From: Candidatus Bathyarchaeota archaeon
Lineage (GTDB): Archaea; Thermoproteota; Bathyarchaeia; Bathyarchaeales; Bathycorpusculaceae
Direction: 5' to 3'
NCBI GenBank assembly: GCA_963717465.1
Contig: OY970340.1
Coordinates: 128,001-192,000, forward strand
Length of the DNA: 64,000 nt
Shown here: positions 10,172-21,239 of the stretch, piece by piece
Layout of the letters: the number at the start of each line of letters is the position of its first letter
Position numbering within the stretch: the first letter of the stretch is position 1
Notes under the pieces: generated by a model
The model's input: only the letters and a program-made list of their open reading frames with translations
Databases searched by the model: none
What the model was told of the DNA's origin: nothing
Translations under genes and position numbers: made by a program

Positions 10172-11236
10172 ACAACCTTCACGTCCAAAACAATCTGCGA
10201 TTCAAAAGGAGCAGTTTCACGAACACTTCTAGCTTGAAGATATTTGTCCACTTTTCTGCCAGTTTTTTCAACCTCAACAGAAAATCGGTTTTTGAGGTTA
10301 TCCATTGAATCAGGCTTTCGGATGAAAGTGTAAAAATGAATTACGCCGCCTGAAAGCTTCAGCGATTGACAGGCAGCGGAAACATATTCTAACGCGGTTT
10401 CTGGCAGGTTCATGATGACGCGGTCTGCAACGCTGCTGAGTTTATTCGCTGCAACATGTTGGGCATCGCCTAAAATCGGGTGCACTCTGCTTTCTACCCT
10501 ATTAACCCTAATGTTAACCCTCAAAAACTCGATTGCTTGGGGATTAATGTCCACCGCGTAAACCTTGACTTTTGGATTTTTCTTGGCGATAAGCACCGAG
10601 AAAGGCCCAACTCCAGCAAACAAGTCAACAACTGTTTCATTTTCTTGAACCAGTGATGCCACGCGCTGGTGTTCATTGGAAAGTCTCGGTGAAAAATATG
10701 CTTTTTCAACATCAATGTGGTATATGCAGCCGAATTCCTTGTGGACCGTGTTGGTTTTGTTTTCTCCAGCGATGAAAGTAAATTGTCTTAACCGGTAAGT
10801 TCCACTTATTGCACCCGCTTTAGCGAGCACAGTTTTAACGTTTTTATGTGTTTGCAGGATTGCTTTGCCAATTTGGTTTGCGTAAATTTTCAATTCAGAC
10901 GGAACTTCAATGATAGCTATGTCACCAATGATGTCTAAGGCACGTGGCAAGTCTTCAAGCAAATTTGCCGGTATCTGCCCTTGGAGGACTTGCATGAAAG
11001 TTTTTGCGTTTTCTCGTTTCTCCAAAAAATCATCGGTTGTTAACTGTACATCGACCACTTGATCTTTAAGCATTGTCCACTCATTTTCTTGAGGTTGCCT
11101 CTCTAAGGGTATGCATAAAGTGTGTGTCTTGTCGTTTAATGCTCAAAGACTTGTCGATGAGTCCAAGTTTGTTAACTAAGGCTAAAGTTTTTTCTCCATG
11201 CGCTTTAGGAACTTTAAGGCAAACAGAACTTGGCAT
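10168..11236 (-). CDS. trm5: tRNA m1G37 methyltransferase Trm5/Met-10+ family (frameshift ~11075-11115)
   Basis: DIIGDIAI, YFSPRL, VDLFAGVGPFS, DRVIMNLP; N-terminal domain MPSSVCLKVPK starts at 11236. Confidence 0.88.
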
Positions 11237-11240
11237 AAAA

Positions 11241-12279
11241 TCAACTGGTTTTTTCTATCTTGAAGAGGTTACTTACTTTTTGAATTGAAAATTTAACGCT
11301 TAACATTTTTTCCATGAGCCAAATGTTCGTTTCAAGATGCTGCGAAATTGTTGTGGTTAAGAAGACTTGATTTCCCCTTAGCCAAAGAGATGTAGGGAAT
11401 AAGCATATCAGCCAAGTACACGTCAACTGTCGGCGAAAAACTCAGGTCGCCAAGAAGCTTGAATGCAGCTTGTTTTCCAACAGTTTCACTTGTTTTTCCG
11501 AGCTCACCTATTGCGTCAGCACCGATGATTACTCCTTTTTCAGTTTCTGCCCACAATGTGATTGAACTGCCTTTTTGGAATTCGTTTGATTGGTCGTTTA
11601 CAACCTGTATGTTAGCGTTGAAGCCTTTTTGAAGGAGAATATCTTGTGCTGTTTTTGCTTGACGGCGAGCTACTTCTTTATCGGAAAGGAAAGTGCAAAC
11701 GGAAATCCCGTTTACGCTTTTAAGTTTGCCAAAGTCTTTAAGCAGAATAGGCTTTAGATTGCGATTCGGTGTTACATTCATTGTGGCTTCGCCCATCCCT
11801 TTTGGATAATAACCATATTTTTGGACGGTTATTTCTGCTTCAACACCCATTTGCTTTAGAACAGGGAGCAGGATATTGCGTAAGTAATTAATTGTTGGTG
11901 AATGGGAAACATCTGTCCCGCCTTTAGACACGTGCAGGCGAACAGGATTTTTAGAGAATAAGCTAATCGGCAAGGTGGCAAGGTACAGCATCGGGATGCT
12001 TCCGGCAGTTTGGATTTCTGCTTCCACGTTTCCTCCGATTATTTCATTTGGAGCAAACCAAAGTTCTTTTGAGCCAAGGCTTGCCCCTTCAATTTTTGCT
12101 TTGCAGAGTTTAGCTGCTGTTTGTACAGCTTCTAAATGTTGCGGTTTTAAGCCCGATGGTGATCGGCGCTGTCTTATGTTGTAGATGTGTAATGGTTGTG
12201 CTGTTATGGCTGATATTGCCATTGAAAGGCGAAGTAGTGTGCCGCTTCCACTTTTTTGGCTTCCATCAACCTCTAACAT
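11241..12279 (-). CDS. rtcA: RNA 3'-terminal phosphate cyclase (frameshift ~11350)
   Basis: MLEVDGSQKSGSG, GLKPQH, KGGTDV, GYYPKG, VDVYLADML; tail ISQHLETNIW in the next frame. Confidence 0.9.
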
Positions 12280-12373
12280 ACTAATTCTTTCCAATGCAAG
12301 GTCTGATATTTGAGTTTGCAAATAATTAATAAGCGCCTTACATGTATTTAGGAATTTGAGGGGAAACGTTAAC

Positions 12374-12805
12374 ATGAGTGCTGACAAAGCGAAAATGGAT
12401 CAGTTAATTAGTAAACTTGATGAACTTCTTTCAGTTTTAGGCAAAGCTACAGAGGAACTCCGGACAATTTCAGCTTCGATGAAGTCGCTTGCAGTCGCCC
12501 AAATTACTCAGCCCGTACCTCAAACACCAACTTCAGTCCCGCGTGCAGCAGCCGAAAGCGGACCGCGCGCAGTAGCTGATAGCGGAAAGAAACGTTCACT
12601 TGATGATATTCGCATGTCATTTCCTGAAGACTTGGAAGCAAGATTGACGTTCGAAGAAAAGGGCGATTACATAATTATTAAGCCTAAACAGTTTTTAGGC
12701 TCTGAAAACTTTGCAAAGATTGCTTCTGCAGCACGAGGAATGGGTGGAGAATACATAAGCGCGGGGAAAGATTCTCATTTTAGGGTACCTAAGAAGAAAG
12801 CATGA
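12374..12805 (+). CDS. Hypothetical protein (coiled-coil N-terminus, P/T linker, small C-terminal domain)
   Basis: Clean ORF with plausible composition; no family recognised. Confidence 0.7.
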   Translation: MSADKAKMDQLISKLDELLSVLGKATEELRTISASMKSLAVAQITQPVPQTPTSVPRAAAESGPRAVADSGKKRSLDDIRMSFPEDLEARLTFEEKGDYIIIKPKQFLGSENFAKIASAARGMGGEYISAGKDSHFRVPKKKA

Positions 12806-12808
12806 AAT

Positions 12809-13081
12809 TTACCGCGTCTTAAAATTGTGAAATTCGTTGATGCTGTCTTCCCATTTCAATTCTACGTTTTCCACTTTTGCTCTTGAAGGCCCATGCTTAC
12901 AAAATTCAACGATTGACTTGACAGATTCTTCTTCTCCTTCAAAAACGGCTTCCACTCTGCCATCAGGCAAGTTTCGAATCCATCCCTTAACATCAAGATT
13001 CTCCGCTTGCCGCCTTGTCGTTTGCCGGAAGAAAACGCCTTGAACTTTACCGCTTATGAAAATGTGAGCCCTCGTTTTCAT
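12809..13081 (-). CDS. acyP: Acylphosphatase
   Basis: GKVQGVFFR and GWIRNLPDGRVE motifs. Confidence 0.95.
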   Translation of the reverse strand: MKTRAHIFISGKVQGVFFRQTTRRQAENLDVKGWIRNLPDGRVEAVFEGEEESVKSIVEFCKHGPSRAKVENVELKWEDSINEFHNFKTR

Positions 13082-13150
13082 AACTTCTTCAATGGCATAA
13101 TAGACTAATAAATTTTAAAACTATATCCAAGAAACGCTTAATCTGGCTTT

Positions 13151-13609
13151 TTAAACTTGATATTTTATTTTTTCTCCAACAGAAAATAAGAAAAGAATTG
13201 CTGAACCAGGACCCAAATGCTTGAAAGTTTTAGTCAATTCGTGGACAACACTAGCATAATTATTTGACTTGTCCGAGCTGTCAATATAAGCCTGAAAAGA
13301 GCCGTATTCGTTGTGTATTTGCATGAATTTTCGGGCATTTAATATTGTTGCTTGGATTTTACTTCTGTTGCGTACAATCCCTTTGTCCTTCAGTAAACGT
13401 TCAAGGTCATCATCGTTAAAGCGAGCAACTGTCGGGATAGAAAAATTGTGAAAAGCCTTTTTTGTGGTTGACCACTTATTATCGATTACATGCCAGTTTA
13501 ATCCTGCCTGAAAAATTATTCTGCTTAAATTTTCAAAGTATTCATTATCGTTTGAAGGCCGCTTTTCCCTGAACCACCATTCTGGAGGCTGCCATTCATG
13601 TTCTTGCAT
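13151..13609 (-). CDS. tag: DNA-3-methyladenine glycosylase I family
   Basis: FQAGLNW, GIVRNRSKI, FKHLGP; AGGTGA SD before ATG at 13609. Confidence 0.88.
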   Translation of the reverse strand: MQEHEWQPPEWWFREKRPSNDNEYFENLSRIIFQAGLNWHVIDNKWSTTKKAFHNFSIPTVARFNDDDLERLLKDKGIVRNRSKIQATILNARKFMQIHNEYGSFQAYIDSSDKSNNYASVVHELTKTFKHLGPGSAILFLFSVGEKIKYQV

Positions 13610-13855
13610 TAAAATCACCTAAGTATTTCGCTCAGTTAAAGGGCAAATTCTTGGTCGTCTAAAACCATATTTTCGACCAAAAATAGGGAGTTTTTGTTCA
13701 GATTTAAGGCGTTGTGGTTGCTTTTTGTGGTTACAATTGGCTTTTTTTCGTTTGCTTGACTTTACTTTAACTTACCTCTGTGCTGTCGTAATTAGTTGTT
13801 TGTGAATTTGCTTTAAATGGATTTTTAGCCTCAAATATGTTTAGAGAGTAATTGT

Positions 13856-14191
13856 ATGTATAAGAACAATATTGGGAAATTAATGGTGTACGCGTCGACT
13901 GGTTTTCAAGAACGCAAACGGTTAGAGTCTGTTAGAGCAGCTGCAAAAGAAACTGCTAAACGTTTGAATCTTGATTTTGAAATGGTGCATTTCGAAAAAT
14001 CGGGTTCGCCAATTTACGTGTACTATGAGGATGACGGCGAAGAAGCAATCCCCCTTTATTGTGATGAGGGAAAAATGACTGGATTAGACGAGATATGCTC
14101 TAAATTAAGAAACATGATGTTTGTTTTATCTTTTCATCCAAAGCATACAGCGCTAAAACAGCTACGAAACGAGATTGTTAAACTTTCTTAA
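13856..14191 (+). CDS. Hypothetical protein
   Basis: 111-aa ORF with an upstream TATA-like sequence; no family recognised. Confidence 0.65.
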   Translation: MYKNNIGKLMVYASTGFQERKRLESVRAAAKETAKRLNLDFEMVHFEKSGSPIYVYYEDDGEEAIPLYCDEGKMTGLDEICSKLRNMMFVLSFHPKHTALKQLRNEIVKLS

Positions 14192-14501
14192 AATGAATAC
14201 CTTGATTTTCTAAAGCTACCTCGTAAACTTGGTTAACATCGAAGGTTATGCCCAAATCGTCGTACTCCTGTTCTGTTAAAAACAGAATTATTTTCGGCGT
14301 GGACATTTGCGTTTTCTGCGGCAGAAACGGCATTTGCTGTTGCAAAGCTTGCATTATGTCTTGAGCCATTTTTGCTTCCTCCGATTGTGGTCTAAGAACG
14401 TACGGGTTGACTTCTCGTTCTTCAAGCAACTCTATTCTTTTTCCAAGGTTGCCATCTAAATCTCTGGTTGACTCAATTCTGTTAACTCTTACGCGGAACA
14501 T
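14178..14501 (-). CDS. Arcadin-1-like protein
   Basis: MFRVRVNRIE..RDLDGNLGKRIEL and PKIILFLTEQEY..LG..FDVNQVYEV resemble archaeal arcadin-1 proteins (recognised from memory). Confidence 0.65.
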   Translation of the reverse strand: MFRVRVNRIESTRDLDGNLGKRIELLEEREVNPYVLRPQSEEAKMAQDIMQALQQQMPFLPQKTQMSTPKIILFLTEQEYDDLGITFDVNQVYEVALENQGIHFKKV

Positions 14502-14652
14502 GGTCGGTTACACATCAATAGGGATTATTTAACTCATCATTTTAAGCTATTCTCTTTTTTTTCAGTTAACTTTATTCTTGCAAAAAATTTTCATGATTAA
14601 AAAGTAATTTTCTCTTATGTTCTTGATCCACTAATCGTTAGGAGGTGGAACA

Positions 14653-15816
14653 TCAGGAGGCGGTGACGGTGGTCACATTATTTGTGTTTGTTATGGATGG
14701 ATTAGTTTGTTGCCTTCTTCTCCTTTTCACTACGTAAATTATCAGTGCACTGATCCCTCCTGCGATGAAAAGAATTGCTATTGCAATCAGATACCATGGA
14801 ACAACTATAGCGTATATTACTGAACTTGTCGCACCAGCATATACGTCATTTCCTGACCAGCTTGCCAAAAAAGTGTATACACCAAGCGATTCAGGGTTCT
14901 ATGTATAAGTGAATTCGCCATTTGATTGTGTTGATGTTGTTCCTATCTGAGCTCCAATTAGAATCATCAAATTGCTCGTACAAAGTCACATTTTGATTTT
15001 CCAATGTCGGATTAATTTGGCCATTAAGAGTGAAATCATTATCCTGCAATTAGCACATTAAAAGTGGTTCCTAACGATAAAGTGCTTGACTGTCAATAGT
15101 ATTATAGCTGGCTGAAACTTGTCCAAGGCAATGCTTGCAACGTATTTTCTAAAGTGATCACTTGAGATGATGCAGATATAAATTCAGTGGGGCATTCTCC
15201 GATTCGCCATCCTTCCTGCCAATCCCCGCCTGTGCATTCACCAATGTAGTAATCTCGTGTCGTTATAGGTTACATAGTAATAGTTTGTGTATCTTATTTC
15301 CGTCGGAGGACTGTTAAGGTGAACACCAATCTCCATATGCTCCTGCGACTCATAATACAAAAGCACCACGTTAAATCCGCCGGCAATAAGTATTGAAGCG
15401 GCAATGTCAGAGAATAGGTCGCATTTTCCCACACCATTGCCATGGTTTCAACAGGGTATGTTTCAGCAGAATTTTCTTGATATGTTATTTGGTGAACAAT
15501 CATCAAAACTCCGTTAGCGTAGTCTTCTTGGTCATTGTATATTTGCCATAACTTGTCAGCTATAGGCTTTAACGCGTAAGGCGTAACGAACTTAGAAAAA
15601 TCGTTGGCCGAATGTAATTGATGATTCAAACCACTGTAATATTGAACTAGCGATTCAGGAATTGAAACATACAGTTGATAAGTAACATTTCCCCCTGGTT
15701 TATTGGTTAATTGATAAGTAATATTGTAATCCTGCGCTAAACAAGTAGGTAAAAAGGAAAGCGCAATAGCAACACAGAACTACAATCACCAAAGCTTTAA
15801 AGAATATGATTTTCAT
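14653..15816 (-). pseudogene. Heavily frameshifted secreted/membrane-anchored protein (transglutaminase-like segment, Ig-like region, C-terminal TM)
   Basis: Signal-peptide-like start at 15816; fragments YPVET..GKCDLFS..AASIL..H, ASWSGND.YAGATS, and a TM helix followed by KRRRR. Confidence 0.55.
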
Positions 15817-15901
15817 ACTCACACTTTTACGGATAAGGGTTTATAACTATTTTAAATGAAGAATTACGAGTTAAAATATTTATTTCCAATTTATGCACAA
15901 T

Positions 15902-16717
15902 TTATTTACTAATTGTTTTTAGACCACTCTTCTCAATTAATTTTGAAAGTTGACTTTTTGCTTTCTCAAGTTTTTCATTCGGCTCGTCATCACTTTGACC
16001 AACAATGGTAAAGTGAATTTCGATATGAGGCTTTGCGGAGCCTATTTTAACATGAGATTTAACGTAAACGCCCTTGTTATCGTTCATGACTTTATCGATT
16101 AGCGGTGATAAGACGGATTCCATTAAGCTATCAATGAACAAGCTTGTTTCATAAAATCCATTCTTACCCGAAGCCTGCTTAAGCATTGGAGCAATCGTTT
16201 CTTGAAATATTGCCTCCATTTCCAAAGGCACTCCTGGCAAAGCGAACAGAATTGTTCCTTGCAAATCGACCAAAACGCCAGGCGCTGTTCCAACTGGATT
16301 ATGCAGTGGTTCAGCTTTTTCAGGTAACATTGCCATCTTTAACCTTGGCTTTGTTAACTCAAAGTCAACTGGAAGATTTCTCTGTTTAGCAAATTCCTTG
16401 TATCGCTGCTTGATCATTTCCAATGCTTTTTCATTTAATTCTAGTTTTCGGTTTAACCCTTCTGCAATGCCCAGCAAGGTCTTGTCATCAAAGGTTGGTC
16501 CTAAACCGCCAGTGGTAATTATAAACCCCGGTTTCCTGGCTAAAGCTTCCTTGACAGTGGTAGCGATTTCTTCTGTTATGTCTTGAATTACAGTTACACG
16601 TTTAACATTCACACCCAAACGCGTTGCTTGAAAAGATAAGTAATGAGCGTTAGTATCATGTATCTTACCTATAAGCAACTCATTGCCCACGCAGATTATC
16701 TCAAGATCAGCCACCAT
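15902..16717 (-). CDS. cinA: CinA-like molybdopterin-binding-domain protein
   Basis: EIICVGNELLIG..DTN, TTGGLGPTFDD, NPVGTAPG, LPGVP. Confidence 0.9.
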   Translation of the reverse strand: MVADLEIICVGNELLIGKIHDTNAHYLSFQATRLGVNVKRVTVIQDITEEIATTVKEALARKPGFIITTGGLGPTFDDKTLLGIAEGLNRKLELNEKALEMIKQRYKEFAKQRNLPVDFELTKPRLKMAMLPEKAEPLHNPVGTAPGVLVDLQGTILFALPGVPLEMEAIFQETIAPMLKQASGKNGFYETSLFIDSLMESVLSPLIDKVMNDNKGVYVKSHVKIGSAKPHIEIHFTIVGQSDDEPNEKLEKAKSQLSKLIEKSGLKTISK

Positions 16718-16812
16718 GCTTTTCACGCTTAACATTGTTAATAAAAGAACCCAGTTTTAAGTTTTAAAGTGTTTACTGATTAAACGATTAAAAGCTTAGC
16801 GTTTGACGGCGT

Positions 16813-17016
16813 TTACTTTTTACTTAGATACCATTTTAAGTACTCTTTTCTGCGGTTTTGTCTTATTTCTTCAGGTGTTTCTTCATTCGGCCTGTTTTTT
16901 TCTCGAAGTTCACTGATTTCCTGCTGTGTTACTGATAACCCGCAGCTTTTGCACACGTAGTGTTTGGTGGATATCATGTACTGCATTTCTCCGCCGCATT
17001 CAGGACAATACGTCAT
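16813..17016 (-). CDS. Small Zn-ribbon protein
   Basis: CPECGG...CKSCG, 67 aa. Confidence 0.8.
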   Translation of the reverse strand: MTYCPECGGEMQYMISTKHYVCKSCGLSVTQQEISELREKNRPNEETPEEIRQNRRKEYLKWYLSKK

Positions 17017-17226
17017 TTACAGTTCACTTTTGAATTTAACATCATTACTGAGAGATATTAGTCTTATGCGATTTATTCGTCCTTCTATACGTTATTTTTT
17101 ATCAAACATTAGGTTCCGACCGCTCGTCATCGAAGTAAGCAAAGTTTTTCACCTAAGAAGCAATAAAAAACAGAAAACAATCGAAATAGTGTAAAGTTTT
17201 TATCTAAATTAAACAATTTTCACTGT

Positions 17227-20109
17227 ATGCCCGAAGAATCGCCAAGAACGACTAACCAATTTCGCAAATTCGGCAATTATCTTGTAGGAGATATACCATG
17301 GGGAACGCATCTTTGTCAATTTTACGAGTCAAAACAAGACTTAATCGACATTTTGGTTCCTTACTTTGCTGAAGGTCTCAACAGCAATGAATTCTGCATG
17401 TGGGTTACTTCTCCACCTCTTGAGGTTAAAGAAGCCAAACAAGCACTTGCCAAAGCAGTCTCAAATATAGATGACTATCTGCGAAAAGGGCAACTTGAGG
17501 TAATGTCTTATAACGATTGGTACTTGCAAAGTGGAAAGTTTGATGCTGACCGAGTCCTACAGGGTTGGGTTGACAAAGAGAAGAAAGCATTGGAAAGTGG
17601 TTTCGAAGGTTTACGTCTTAGCGGTAACACTTTCTGGGTTGAACGGAGTCTTTGGCAAAATTTTGCCTCTTATGAAAAGACCGTGAACTCGATTATCGGC
17701 AAGCACAAGATGCTTGCCCTTTGCACCTATCGTTTATCGAACTGCTCAGGCACGGATGTTGTAGACGTGGTTCGCAATCATGTTGGAGCGCTGATTAAAC
17801 AAGGCAAAAAATGGGTTCTAGTTGAGGATGTAGTGCACCGTAAGAAAGCCGAGCAAGAGCTTTGGAATGCGAAGACCGATTGGGAACGAACTTTTGATGC
17901 TATTCCTGATTTCATAGCAATCTTGGATAATAAGTTTAGAATAGTGCGGGTTAATTTGGCTATGGCAAAGCAGTTAGGGGTATCTCCTGAAGATGCTGTG
18001 GGATTGAAATGTTATGAATGCGTTCATGGAACAGCATCTCCGCCGAATTATTGTCCCCATGCCCAACTATTAAGAGATGGCAAGGAGCATTCCAGCGAGG
18101 TTTTTGAAGATCGTCTTGGCGGGGACTTTTTGGTTAGCACCACTCCGCTTGTGGATGAAAATAAAAAATTAATTGGTTGTGTGCATGTTGCACGGAACAT
18201 TACTCATCGTAAAAAAGCCGAAGATGATCTTAAGAGAAGTGAACAGCGGTGGATAACCACTGTGTCTAGCATTGGCGATGGGGTTATTACGACTAATTTG
18301 GATGGTAATGTCACTTTCCTTAATAGCGTTGCACAAGAGTTGACTGGTTGGAAGCTTAATGAAGCTTTACAAAAGCCGCTTAAAGAAGTCTTCAATATAG
18401 TTAATGAATTCAGCCGTAAGGAAGTTGAAAACCCAGTTAGCCGAGTTCTCAAGGAAGGTACAATTGTAGGGCTTGCTAATCATACACTTCTAATAAAGAA
18501 GAACGGTGAAGAAATTCCCGTTGACGATAGTGGTGCTCCGATAAAAGATAAAGACGGACACGTTTCGGGTGTTGTGCTAGTTTTCCGCGATATAACTGTG
18601 CGGAAAAAAATGGAGAAGGAGTTAATCAGCCTTGCCAAGTTTCCGTCCGAAAACCCGAATATCGTATTGCGTGTCGACAAAAGCGGTGTTATCTTGTATG
18701 CTAATCCTGGGAGCCAAAACTTGCTTTACCAGATCAAATTAGAGCCAGGCGATCTAATTCAAGAACCTTGGCTTTCAAACATAACTGAGGCTTTTTCTAC
18801 TAACAGCAAGATAGTTTTTGAAGAAAAAGTAGGAGAACGCGTCTTTTTGTTTAATACTGCGCCGATTCTTCAGGAAGGATACGTGAATGTTTATGGAATC
18901 GACATTACTGAACGCAAGAAAGCTGAAGAAGCACTTAAAGAGAGTGAAGAACGCTTTTCCAAGGCATTTAATGCAAATCCTAATCCTATACTAATCCAAA
19001 GAGTCAGCAATACTATATTTGTTGACACGAACGAAGCATACTTGCACCTGTTTGGGTTCAAGAAACATGAAATTATTGGGCACACGGCTGCAGAGCTGGG
19101 AATAGTAATAGACCCTAAAGTCAGAGCGGAAATAATTAGTGGGTCAAAGCAACACAAAATTGCTAGCAATGAATCCGTATTCATGACGAGGAGAGGAGAA
19201 CATCGGTATCTGTTGATTTCAACGGCAATAATCACTTTTAATGGAGAAGATCACTTTTTATCGATTCTTACAGATATCACAGAGCGTAAGAAATCGGAAG
19301 AAGACCTAAGAGAACGCACTCAGCAATTAGAAGTTTCACAAAAAAAACTTGAAGAAAATGCTTTCCAGCTTGAGGAGTATGCAAGCCAAATGGAGGACCT
19401 TGCAAAGGCTAGGCTGGAGCAACTTAAGGATGCTGAAAGATTGGCTGCAATTGGGGCAACGGCAGGCATGGTTGGTCATGACATCCGTAATCCCCTACAA
19501 TCTATAATGAATGACTTGTATTTAGCGAAGATAGACTTATCTGATCTTCCAGATAGTGAACAAAAGGAGAGTATTCTAGAAAGCGTGAGAGCAATTGAAC
19601 AATCCGTGGATTATGTTAATAAGATTGTTCAGGACTTGCAGGACTTTGCAAAACAAATCAAGCCTACCAAAAAAGAAACCGAAGTTGAAGAACTAATTAG
19701 TCTAGTTATTTCAAAAAGTAATTTGCTTCCAAACATTAAAGTAAAAACGAAAGTTCAGAAAGAAGCAAACACAATTATAACTGATCCAGATTTGCTTAGA
19801 AGAATTATTAGCAACTTAGTTTCAAACGCGTTCCAAGCAATGCCAAACGGTGGGAAACTCGATATAGACGTTTATATGGAAAGAGAAAGCGTCGTCATTT
19901 CAGTCAGTGATTCTGGCCATGGAATTCCTGAAGATGCAAGAGACAAGCTGTTCACTCCGCTTTTTACAACTAAATCTAAAGGTCAAGGTTTCGGTTTAGC
20001 TGTAGTCAAACGCATTACTGAAGCCTTAGATGGCTCTGTGTCCTTCGAGAGTGAAGTTGGCAAAGGAACTAAATTCATTTTAAAGTTTCCAAAATCATCT
20101 AAAGTCTAA
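17227..20109 (+). CDS. MEDS + multi-PAS sensor histidine kinase
   Basis: PWGTHLCQFY (MEDS), four PAS/PAC segments, H-box GHDIRNPL, HATPase DSGHGI/FTTK/GQGFGL. Confidence 0.93.
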   Translation: MPEESPRTTNQFRKFGNYLVGDIPWGTHLCQFYESKQDLIDILVPYFAEGLNSNEFCMWVTSPPLEVKEAKQALAKAVSNIDDYLRKGQLEVMSYNDWYLQSGKFDADRVLQGWVDKEKKALESGFEGLRLSGNTFWVERSLWQNFASYEKTVNSIIGKHKMLALCTYRLSNCSGTDVVDVVRNHVGALIKQGKKWVLVEDVVHRKKAEQELWNAKTDWERTFDAIPDFIAILDNKFRIVRVNLAMAKQLGVSPEDAVGLKCYECVHGTASPPNYCPHAQLLRDGKEHSSEVFEDRLGGDFLVSTTPLVDENKKLIGCVHVARNITHRKKAEDDLKRSEQRWITTVSSIGDGVITTNLDGNVTFLNSVAQELTGWKLNEALQKPLKEVFNIVNEFSRKEVENPVSRVLKEGTIVGLANHTLLIKKNGEEIPVDDSGAPIKDKDGHVSGVVLVFRDITVRKKMEKELISLAKFPSENPNIVLRVDKSGVILYANPGSQNLLYQIKLEPGDLIQEPWLSNITEAFSTNSKIVFEEKVGERVFLFNTAPILQEGYVNVYGIDITERKKAEEALKESEERFSKAFNANPNPILIQRVSNTIFVDTNEAYLHLFGFKKHEIIGHTAAELGIVIDPKVRAEIISGSKQHKIASNESVFMTRRGEHRYLLISTAIITFNGEDHFLSILTDITERKKSEEDLRERTQQLEVSQKKLEENAFQLEEYASQMEDLAKARLEQLKDAERLAAIGATAGMVGHDIRNPLQSIMNDLYLAKIDLSDLPDSEQKESILESVRAIEQSVDYVNKIVQDLQDFAKQIKPTKKETEVEELISLVISKSNLLPNIKVKTKVQKEANTIITDPDLLRRIISNLVSNAFQAMPNGGKLDIDVYMERESVVISVSDSGHGIPEDARDKLFTPLFTTKSKGQGFGLAVVKRITEALDGSVSFESEVGKGTKFILKFPKSSKV

Positions 20110-20293
20110 TTGCAAATCAGCATTTAACGTTCAATTCTTTTGCAGCGATTCCCGTTTAGCCATGCGTTAATTCAAGCATTTAAGGTGGTCAAAAAGTAAT
20201 TGCATCATTTCATCTATTTTAAACAAGGTTAATTAGTTGCAGTCAATTTCGTTTGTCTTTAAAGCTAGCGACATCTGCGTTTCTCTGCAGCAC

Positions 20294-21064
20294 TTAATGC
20301 TTCGGGTAAGCAACTTGAGGTCTTTTAGTTATAAAGGACTTGTCAACGTCTTCGCAAATTCTAATTGCAAGCTTAATAGGTATTCCAAGCGCCATGTGGT
20401 CTTCTGGGAACCAACAGTTGCCAGTAGGATCAACTGGTCCTATATAAGCCGAGTCTTTGGGTGCTTTTTCTGTTAATCCAGCTGGATAAGTCAGTATTGT
20501 AGAGCAAAATGGACCCCAAGCACAGTTTACAGCGTTGAATGGTTCTATGCTGCCGAAATGGATAAGGCTGCAAAGATTGCGTATTTGTTCAGCATTGCCA
20601 AAGCATATGATTGCTTTAACATCAGTGTCTTTGGCACACTCTTCACAAGGGCTTATAACAGTATACGATCCTAACGGTGAAATTGTGCCGACAGCCTTTT
20701 TTGATTCTCTAACAACTTCTGGACTGGCTTTCAAGAATTCCGCTTCACCATTCCTGAACTCCTTTGTGCCATAAGAAATAAAATAGTCGAGTAAAGGCGC
20801 CATTTTCCCGTATCCAGTCCAACCTACGCCTCCGGGACAGCATCCGTCGATTGCTCCTTTGCCAAAATAGAGCGGTGGAGTGTTTTCCTTGAAAGCTGCT
20901 GTAAATATAGCTTTTACGAGACATTGGTTCAATGAAGTTATCGGTATTGCATTTTCTGGAATGGTTTCTGTGCCGTACACGCATAACGGTTTTGCCTTTA
21001 ATCTTCCTGCGAAATTAATTTTTTGTCCGATTTCTAATATTGATAATGAACCCATAATGTTCAC
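20294..21064 (-). CDS. DUF169 family protein
   Basis: Cys pattern (QCL, GCCPGG, GPFCS) and GNAEQIRNL. Confidence 0.7.
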   Translation of the reverse strand: MNIMGSLSILEIGQKINFAGRLKAKPLCVYGTETIPENAIPITSLNQCLVKAIFTAAFKENTPPLYFGKGAIDGCCPGGVGWTGYGKMAPLLDYFISYGTKEFRNGEAEFLKASPEVVRESKKAVGTISPLGSYTVISPCEECAKDTDVKAIICFGNAEQIRNLCSLIHFGSIEPFNAVNCAWGPFCSTILTYPAGLTEKAPKDSAYIGPVDPTGNCWFPEDHMALGIPIKLAIRICEDVDKSFITKRPQVAYPKH

Positions 21065-21239
21065 CTTAATGTTGAGTTCCTAATTAACCGCAATAAAGTG
21101 AGACTTATTTAACAATTATGCAAAAAAGCGATAAAGAAAAAATGCCGATCTCAAGCAACGTCTAGTTTTCGCATACTGTCAGAAAAAAGAAAACCTTTTC
21201 GAAGAATTTTTTGACTTTACTCGGGAATTTCTTTTTAGC

